Assembly: GCA_964016885.1 (NCBI GenBank)
Contig: OZ024743.1
Span: forward strand, 339,326,001-339,390,000
From: Eledone cirrhosa
Lineage: Eukaryota
Direction of reading: 5' to 3'
Length of the DNA stretch: 64,000 nt
The stretch's first letter is position 1. Each line of letters starts with the position of its first letter. The position numbers and the translations under genes were made by a program. This document shows, piece by piece, positions 54,716 to 64,000 of this stretch. A model generated the notes under the pieces. The model was not told the origin of the DNA. It searched no databases and saw nothing but the letters and a program-made list of their open reading frames with translations.

Positions 54716-55800
54716 AGCTGGGAGTCTATATCTCTTACATACACTCCTGCACTCTACCAAGTGGAGTTGGGGGTCTATATCTCTCTTACATACACTCCTG
54801 CACTCTACCAAGTGGAACTGGGGTCTATATATCTCTTACATACACTCCTGCACTCTACCAAGTGGAGTTGGGGGTCCATATATCTCTTACATACACTCCT
54901 GCACTCTACCAAGTGGAGTTGGGGGTCTATATCTCGCTTACATACACTTCTGCACTCTACCAAGTGGAACTGGGGTTCTATATTTCTCTTACATACACTC
55001 CTTCACTCTACCAAGTGGAGTTGGGGGTCTATATCTCTTACATACAATCCTGCCCTCTACCAAGTGGAGTTGGGGGGTTCTATCTCTCTTACATACACTC
55101 CTGCACTCTACCAAGTGGAGCTGGGAGTCTATATCTCTCTTACATACACTCCTGCACTCTACCAAGTGGAGCTGGGAGTCTATATCTCTTTTACATACAC
55201 TCCTGCACTCTACCAAGTGGAGTTGGGGGTCTATATCTCTCTTACATACACTCCTGCACTCTACCAAGTAGAGTTGGGGGGGTCTATATCTCTCTTACAT
55301 ACACTCCTGCTCTCTACCAAGTGGAGTTGGGGGTCTATATCTCTCTTACGTACACTCCTGCACTCTACCAAGTGGAACTGGGGTCTATATATCTCTTACA
55401 TACACTCCTGCAGTCTACCAAGTGGAGTTGGGGGTCTATATCTCTCTTACGTACACTCCTGCACTCTACCAAGTGGAACTGGGGTCTATATATCTCTTAC
55501 ATACACTTCTGCACTCTACCAAGTGGAGCTGGGGTCTATATATCTCTTACATACACTCCTGCACTCTACCAAGTGGAGCTGGGGTCTATATCTCTCCTAC
55601 ATACACTCCTGCACTCTACCAAGTGGAACTGGGGTCTATACATCTCTTACATACACTCCTGCACTCTACCAAGTGGAGTTGGGGGTCTATATCTCTCTTA
55701 CGTACACTCCTGCACTCTACCAAGTGGAACTGGGGTCTATATATCTCTTACATACACTTCTGCACTCTACCAAGTGGAGCTGGGGTCTATATATCTCTTA
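54400..55800 (+). repeat. Non-adjacent duplicate of block ~46200-47600 (offset 8203-8204)
   Basis: ORF pairs 46355/54558, 46785/54989 and 47218/55422. Shared variants are GTCCATATATC, a 7-G tract after GTAGAGTT, and CTGCTCTCTAC. Confidence 0.85.
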
Positions 55801-58800
55801 CATACACTCCTGCACTCTACCAAGTGGAGCTGGGAGTCTATATCTCTCTTACATACACTCCTGCACTCTACCAAGTGGAGTTGGGGTCTATATCTCTCTT
55901 ACATACACTCCTGCACTCTACCAAGTGGAGTTGGGAGTCTATATCTCTCTTACATACACTCCTGCACTCTACCAAGTGGAGCTGGGGTCTATATATCTCT
56001 TACATACACTCCTGCACTCTACCAAGTGGAGCTGGAGGTCTATATATCTCTTACATACACTCCTGCACTCTACCAAGTGGAGATGGGGTTCTATATCTCT
56101 CTTACATACACTCCTACACTCTACCAAGTGGAGTTAGAATCTATATCTCTCTTACATACACTCCTGCACTCTACCAAGTGGAGCTGAGAGTCTATATCTC
56201 TATTACATACACTCCTGCACTCTACCAAGTGGAGCTGGGAGTCTATATCTCTCTTACATATACTCCTGCACTCTACCAAGTGGAGCTGGAGGTCTATATC
56301 TCTCTTACATACACTCCTGCATTCTACCAAGTGGAGTTGTGGGTCTATATCTCTTTTACATACACTCCTGCACTCTACCAAGTGGAGCTGGGGTTCTATA
56401 TCTCTCTTACATACACTCCTGCACTCTACCAAGTGGAGCTGGGGTTCTATATCTCTTACATACAATCCTGCCCTCTACCAAGTGGAGTTGGGGGGTTCTA
56501 TCTCTCTTACATACACTCCTGAACTCTACCAAGTGGAGCTGGGGTTCTATATCTCCCTTACATACACTCCTGCACTCTACCAAGTGGAGCTGGGAGTCTA
56601 TATCTCTTACATACACTTCTGCACTCTACCAAGTGGAGCTGGGAGTCTATATCTCTATTACATACACTCCTGCACTCTACCAAGTGGATCTGGGAGTCTA
56701 TATCTCTCTTACATACACTCCTGCACTCTACCAAGTGGAGTTGGGAGTCTATATCTCTCTTACATACACTCCTTTACTCTACCAAGTGGAGTTGGGAGTC
56801 TATATTTCTCTTACATACACTCCTGCACTCTACCAAGTGGAGTTGCGGGGTCTATATCTCTCTTACATACACTCCTGCACTCTACCAAGTGGAGCTGGGA
56901 GTCTATATCTCTTACATACACTCCTGCACTCTACCAAGTGGAGTTGGGGGTCTATATCTCTCTTACATACACTCCTGCACTCTACCAAGTGGAACTGGGG
57001 TCTATATATCTCTTACATACACTCCTGCACTCTACCAAGTGGAGCTGGGAGTCTATATCTCTTACATACACTTCTGCACGCTACCAAGTGGAGCTGGGAG
57101 TCTATATCTCTATTACATACACTCCTGCACTCTACCAAGTGGAGCTGGGAGTGTATATCTCTCTTACATACACTCCTGCACTCTACCAAGTGGAGTTGGG
57201 GGTCTATATCTCTCTTACATACACTCCTGCACTCTACCAAGTGGAGTTGGGGGTCTATATCTCTCTTACGTACACTCCTGCACTCTACCAAGTGGAACTG
57301 GGGTCTATATATCTCTTACATACACTCCTGCAGTCTACCAAGTGGAGTTGGGGGTCTATATCTCTCTTACGTACACTCCTGCACTCTACCAAGTGGAACT
57401 GGGGTCTATATATCTCTTACATACACTTCTGCACTCTACCAAGTGGAGCTGGGGTCTATATATCTCTTACATACACTCCTGCACTCTACCAAGTGGAGCT
57501 GGGGTCTATATCTCTCCTACATACACTCCTGCACTCTACCAAGTGAAACTGGGGTCTATATATCTCTTACATACACTCCTGCACTCTACCAAGTGGAGTT
57601 GGGGGTCTATATCTCTCTTACGTACACTCCTGCACTCTACCAAGTGGAACTGGGGTCTATATATCTCTTACATACACTTCTGCACTCTACCAAGTGGAGC
57701 TGGGGTCTATATATCTCTTACATACACTCCTGCACTCTACCAAGTGGAGCTGGGAGTCTATATCTCTCTTACATACACTCCTGCACTCTACCAAGTGGAG
57801 TTGGGGTCTATATCTCTCTTACATACACTCCTGCACTCTACCAAGTGGAGTTGGGAGTCTATATCTCTCTTACATACACTCCTGCACTCTACCAAGTGGA
57901 GCTGGGGTCTATATATCTCTTACATACACTCCTGCACTCTACCAAGTGGAGCTGGAGGTCTATATATCTCTTACATACACTCCTGCACTCTACCAAGTGG
58001 AGATGGGGTTCTATATCTCTCTTACATACACTCCTACACTCTACCAAGTGGAGTTAGAATCTATATCTCTCTTACATACACTCCTGCACTCTACCAAGTG
58101 GAGCTGGGAGTCTATATCTCTCTTACATATACTCCTGCACTCTACCAAGTGGAGCTGGAGGTCTATATCTCTCTTACATACACTCCTGCATTCTACCAAG
58201 TGGATTGGGGGTCTATATCTCTTTTACATACACTCCTGCACTCTACCAAGTGGAGCTGGGGTTCTATATCTCTCTTACATACACTCCTGCACTCTACCAA
58301 GTGGAGCTGGGGTTCTATATCTCTTACATACAATCCTGCCCTCTACCAAGTGGAGTTGGGGGGTTCTATCTCTCTTACATACACTCCTGAACTCTACCAA
58401 GTGGAGCTGGGGTTCTATATCTCCCTTACATACACTCCTGCACTCTACCAAGTGGAGCTGGGAGTCTATATCTCTTACATACACTTCTGCACTCTACCAA
58501 GTGGAGCTGGGAGTCTATATCTCTATTACATACACTCCTGCACTCTACCAAGTGGAGCTGGGAGTCTATATTTCTCTTACATACACTCCTGCACTCTACC
58601 AAGTGGAGTTGGGAGTCTATATCTCTCTTACATACACTCCTTTACTCTACCAAGTGGAGTTGGGAGTCTATATTTCTCTTACATACACTCCTGCACTCTA
58701 CCAAGTGGAGTTGCGGGGTCTATATCTCTCTTACATACACTCCTGCACTCTACCAAGTGGAGCTGGGAGTCTATATCTCTTACATACACTCCTGCACTCT

Positions 58801-61630
58801 ACCAAGTGGAGTTGGGGGTCTATATCTCTCTTACATACACTCCTGCACTCTACCAAGTGGAACTGGGGTCTATATATCTCTTACATACACTCCTGCACTC
58901 TACCAAGTGGAGCTGGGAGTCTATATCTCTTACATACACTTCTGCACGCTACCAAGTGGAGCTGGGAGTCTATATCTCTATTACATACACTCCTGCACTC
59001 TACCAAGTGGAGCTGGGAGTGTATATCTCTCTTACATACACTCCTGCACTCTACCAAGTGGAGTTGGGGGTCTATATCTCTCTTACATACACTCCTGCAC
59101 TCTACCAAGTGGAACTGGGGTCTATATATCTCTTACATACACTCCTGCAGTCTACCAAGTGGAGTTGGGGGTCTATATCTCTCTTACGTACACTCCTGCA
59201 CTCTACCAAGTGGAACTGGGGTCTATATATCTCTTACATACACTTCTGCACTCTACCAAGTGGAGCTGGGGTCTATATATCTCTTACATACACTCCTGCA
59301 CTCTACCAAGTGGAGCTGGGGTCTATATCTCTCCTACATACACTCCTGCACTCTACCAAGTGAAACTGGGGTCTATATATCTCTTACATACACTCCTGCA
59401 CTCTACCAAGTGGAGTTGGGGGTCTATATCTCTCTTACGTACACTCCTGCACTCTACCAAGTGGAACTGGGGTCTATATATCTCTTACATACACTTCTGC
59501 ACTCTACCAAGTGGAGCTGGGGTCTATATATCTCTTACATACACTCCTGCACTCTACCAAGTGGAGCTGGGAGTCTATATCTCTCTTACATACACTCCTG
59601 CACTCTACCAAGTGGAGTTGGGGTCTATATCTCTCTTACATACACTCCTGCACTCTACCAAGTGGAGTTGGGAGTCTATATCTCTCTTACATACACTCCT
59701 GCACTCTACCAAGTGGAGCTGGGGTCTATATATCTCTTACATACACTCCTGCACTCTACCAAGTGGAGCTGGAGGTCTATATATCTCTTACATACACTCC
59801 TGCACTCTACCAAGTGGAGATGGGGTTCTATATCTCTCTTACATACACTCCTACACTCTACCAAGTGGAGTTAGAATCTATATCTCTCTTACATACACTC
59901 CTGCACTCTACCAAGTGGAGCTGGGAGTCTATATCTCTCTTACATATACTCCTGCACTCTACCAAGTGGAGCTGGAGGTCTATATCTCTCTTACATACAC
60001 TCCTGCATTCTACCAAGTGGATTGGGGGTCTATATCTCTTTTACATACACTCCTGCACTCTACCAAGTGGAGCTGGGGTTCTATATCTCTCTTACATACA
60101 CTCCTGCACTCTACCAAGTGGAGCTGGGGTTCTATATCTCTTACATACAATCCTGCCCTCTACCAAGTGGAGTTGGGGGGTTCTATCTCTCTTACATACA
60201 CTCCTGAACTCTACCAAGTGGAGCTGGGGTTCTATATCTCCCTTACATACACTCCTGCACTCTACCAAGTGGAGCTGGGAGTCTATATCTCTTACATACA
60301 CTTCTGCACTCTACCAAGTGGAGCTGGGAGTCTATATCTCTATTACATACACTCCTGCACTCTACCAAGTGGAGCTGGGAGTCTATATTTCTCTTACATA
60401 CACTCCTGCACTCTACCAAGTGGAGTTGGGAGTCTATATCTCTCTTACATACACTCCTTTACTCTACCAAGTGGAGTTGGGAGTCTATATTTCTCTTACA
60501 TACACTCCTGCACTCTACCAAGTGGAGTTGCGGGGTCTATATCTCTCTTACATACACTCCTGCACTCTACCAAGTGGAGCTGGGAGTCTATATCTCTTAC
60601 ATACACTCCTGCACTCTACCAAGTGGAGTTGGGGGTCTATATCTCTCTTACATACACTCCTGCACTCTACCAAGTGGAACTGGGGTCTATATATCTCTTA
60701 CATACACTCCTGCACTCTACCAAGTGGAGCTGGGAGTCTATATCTCTTACATACACTTCTGCACGCTACCAAGTGGAGCTGGGAGTCTATATCTCTATTA
60801 CATACACTCCTGCACTCTACCAAGTGGAGCTGGGAGTGTATATCTCTCTTACATACACTCCTGCACTCTACCAAGTGGAGTTGGGGGTCTATATCTCTCT
60901 TACATACACTCCTGCACTCTACCAAGTGGAACTGGGGTCTATATATCTCTTACATACACTCCTGCAGTCTACCAAGTGGAGTTGGGGGTCTATATCTCTC
61001 TTACGTACACTCCTGCACTCTACCAAGTGGAACTGGGGTCTATATATCTCTTACATACACTTCTGCACTCTACCAAGTGGAGCTGGGGTCTATATATCTC
61101 TTACATACACTCCTGCACTCTACCAAGTGGAGCTGGGGTCTATATCTCTCCTACATACACTCCTGCACTCTACCAAGTGAAACTGGGGTCTATATATCTC
61201 TTACATACACTCCTGCACTCTACCAAGTGGAGTTGGGGGTCTATATCTCTCTTACGTACACTCCTGCACTCTACCAAGTGGAACTGGGGTCTATATATCT
61301 CTTACATACACTTCTGCACTCTACCAAGTGGAGCTGGGGTCTATATATCTCTTACATACACTCCTGCACTCTACCAAGTGGAGCTGGGAGTCTATATCTC
61401 TCTTACATACACTCCTGCACTCTACCAAGTGGAGTTGGGGTCTATATCTCTCTTACATACACTCCTGCACTCTACCAAGTGGAGTTGGGAGTCTATATCT
61501 CTCTTACATACACTCCTGCACTCTACCAAGTGGAGCTGGGGTCTATATATCTCTTACATACACTCCTGCACTCTACCAAGTGGAGCTGGAGGTCTATATA
61601 TCTCTTACATACACTCCTGCACTCTACCAA
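55320..61630 (+). repeat. Higher-order repeat, ~1817-bp period (36 monomers; earlier spacings 1920 and 1868), ~3.4 copies
   Basis: ORFs 56407/58275/60092 and 57694/59511/61328. Region-specific variants are GTGAAACT (~57543, 59360, 61177), GCACGCTAC (~57076, 58944, 60761), CCTTTACTC (~56771, 58639, 60456) and GAGTTAGAAT (~56131, 58051, 59868). Confidence 0.94.
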
Positions 61631-64000
61631 GTGGAGCTGGGGTCTATATATCTCTTACATACACTCCTGCACTCTACCAAGTGGAGCTGGAGGTCTATAT
61701 ATCTCTTACATACACTCCTGCAGTCTACCAAGTGGAGTTGGGGGTCTATATCTCTCTTACGTACACTCCTGCACTCTACCAAGTGGAACTGGGGTCTATA
61801 TATCTCTTACATACACTTCTGCACTCTACCAAGTGGAGCTGGGGTCTATATATCTCTTACATACACTCCTGCACTCTACCAAGTGGAACTGGGGTCTATA
61901 AATCTCTTACATACACTCCTGCACTCTACCAAGTGGAGTTGGGGGTCTATATCTCTCTTACGTACACTCCTGCACTCTACCAAGTGGAACTGGGGTCTAT
62001 ATATCTCTTACATACACTTCTGCACACTACCAAGTGGAGCTGGGGTCTATATATCTCTTACATACACTCCTGCACTCTACCAAGTGGAGCTGGAGGTCTA
62101 TATATCTCTTACATACACTCCTGCACTCTACCAAGTGGAGATGGGGTTCTATATCTCTCTTACATACACTCCTACACTCTACCAAGTGGAGTTTAGAATC
62201 TATATCTCTATTACATACACTCCTGCACTCTACCAAGTGGAGCTGGGAATCTATATCTCTCTTACATACACTCCTGCACTCTACCAAGTGGAGCTGGGAG
62301 TCTATATCTCTCTTACATACAGTCCTTCACTCTACCAAGTGGAGTTGGGAGTCTATATTTCTCTTACATACACTCCTGCACTCTACCAAGTGGAGCTGGG
62401 AGTCTATATCTCTTACATACACTCCTGCACTCTACCAAGTGGAGTTGGGGGTCTATATCTCTCTTACATACACTCCTGCACTCTACCAAGTGGAGCTGGG
62501 AGTCTATATCTCTTACATACACTCCTGCACTCTACCAAGTGGAGTTGGGGGTCTATATCTCTCTTACATACACTCCTGCACTCTACCAAGTGGAGCAGGG
62601 AGTCTATATCTCTTACATACACTTCTGCACTCTACCAAGTGGAGCTGGGAGTCTATATCTCTATTACATACACTCCTGCACTCTACCAAGTGGAGCTGGG
62701 AGTCTATATCTCTCTTACATACACTCCTGCACTCTACCAAGTGGAGTTGGAGGTCTATATCTCTCTTACATACACTCCTGCACTCTACCAAGTGGAGTTG
62801 GGGGTCTATATCTCTCTTACGTACACTCCTGCACTCTACCAAGTGGAACTGGGGTCTATATATCTCTTACATACACTCCTGCAGTCTACCAAGTGGAGTT
62901 GGGGGTCTATATCTCTCTTACGTACACTCCTGCACTCTACCAAGTGGAACTGGGGTCTATATATCTCTTACATACACTTCTGCACTCTACCAAGTGGAGC
63001 TGGGGTCTATATATCTCTTACATACACTCCTGCACTCTACCAAGTGGAGCTGGGGTCTATATCTCTCCTACATACACCTCCTGCACTCTACGAAGTGGAA
63101 CTGGGGTCTATATATCTCTTACATACACTTCTGCACTCTACCAAGTGGAGCTGGGGTCTATATATCTCTTACATACACTCCTGCACTCTACCAAGTGGAG
63201 CTGGGGTCTATATCTCTCCTACATACACTCCTGCACTCTACCAAGTGGAACTGGGGTCTATATATCTCTTACATACACTCCTGCACTCTACCAAGTGGAG
63301 TTGGGGGTCTATATCTCTCTTACGTACACTCCTGCACTCTACCAAGTGGAGCTGGGGTCTATATATCTCTTACATACACTCCTGCACTCTACCAAGTGGA
63401 GTTGGGGGTCTATATCTCTCTTACATACACTCCTGCACTCTACCAAGTGGAGTTGGGGGTCTATATCTCGCTTACATACACTTCTGCACTCTACCAAGTG
63501 GAACTGGGGTTCTATATTTCTCTTACATACACTCCTTCACTCTACCAAGTGGAGTTGGGGGTCTATATCTCTTACATACAATCCTGCCCTCTACCAAGTG
63601 GAGTTGGGGGGTTCCATCTCTCTTACATACACTCCTGCACTCTACCAAGTGGAGCTGGGAGTCTATATCTCTCTTACATACACTCCTGCACTCTACCAAG
63701 TGGAGCTGGGAGTCTATATCTCTCTTACATACACTCCTGCACTCTACCAAGTAGAGTTGGGGGGTCTATATCTCTCTTACATACACTCCTGCACTCTACC
63801 AAGTGGAGTTCGGGGTCTATATCTCTCTTACGTACACTCCTGCACTCTACCAAGTGGAACTGGGGTCTATATATCTCTTACATACACTCCTGCAGTCTAC
63901 CAAGTGGAGTTGGGGGTCTATATCTCTCTTACGTACACTCCTGCACTCTACCAAGTGGAACTGGGGTCTATATATCTCTTACATACACTTCTGCACTCTA

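Larger units (their letters stand above)
1..64000 (+). repeat. Satellite-type tandem array, ~51-bp monomer (mostly 49-52 bp), ~1,250-1,280 head-to-tail copies, running off both window ends
   Basis: The motif CTCTACCAAGTGGAG recurs about every 50.5 bp from base 11 to the end, always in the same orientation. Translations show a 17-aa period (YQVELGVYISLTYTPAL / TKWSWGSISLLHTLLHS / PSGVGGLYLSYIHSCTL). Copy number is estimated as 64000/~50.5. Confidence 0.99.

Noticed and set aside
518-63750. Minus-strand Cys/His-containing ORFs (HLHLVECRSVCKR) resembling zinc-finger repeats
   Set aside because: These are the reverse translation of the same monomer. The spacing does not fit C2H2 or other zinc-finger patterns, and the frames are broken frequently.
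20-63754. Long + strand ORFs (up to 1485 aa) as protein-coding genes
   Set aside because: They overlap in all three frames, change frame at each indel and mostly start at GTG/TTG within the repeat. They contain only three 17-aa repeat peptides with no recognisable domain.
1-64000. CRISPR array (palindromic repeat at regular spacing)
   Set aside because: There are no unique spacers; the variable part is only point and slippage variants of one consensus. No leader or cas gene is present.
1-64000. Satellite-encoded hammerhead ribozyme
   Set aside because: The conserved CUGANGA and GAAA core elements are not in the consensus on either strand.

Overview
All 64 kb are one uninterrupted, single-orientation tandem array of a ~51-bp monomer. 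The consensus is CTCTACCAAGTGGAGYTGGGRGTCTATATCTCTCTTACATACACTCCTGCA (~47% GC, no CpG). Most units are 49-52 bp, giving roughly 1,250-1,280 copies. I see no unique sequence, inversion, transposon, RNA gene, CRISPR spacer or credible protein gene. The many long ORFs are by-products of a 17-codon monomer that lacks stops in all three + frames. The pattern looks like eukaryotic satellite or large minisatellite DNA, but I cannot assign an organism or a named family. Two structures are worth following up. (1) About 40 of the 51 bases form an imperfect inverted repeat centred on a CAA loop. It pairs best on the + strand using G-T/G-U wobbles, and several recurrent variants perfect or extend the stem. 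(2) Monomer variants are ordered into a nested mosaic of higher-order repeats (HORs). Local periods are ~101, 204, 251, 353, 608, 1817-1920, 2483, 3695, 3890 and 5968 bp. Non-adjacent blocks are duplicated at offsets of ~8.2, 10, 15.7 and 33 kb. Block boundaries were read by eye and from ORF-track offsets and are approximate (about one or two monomers).
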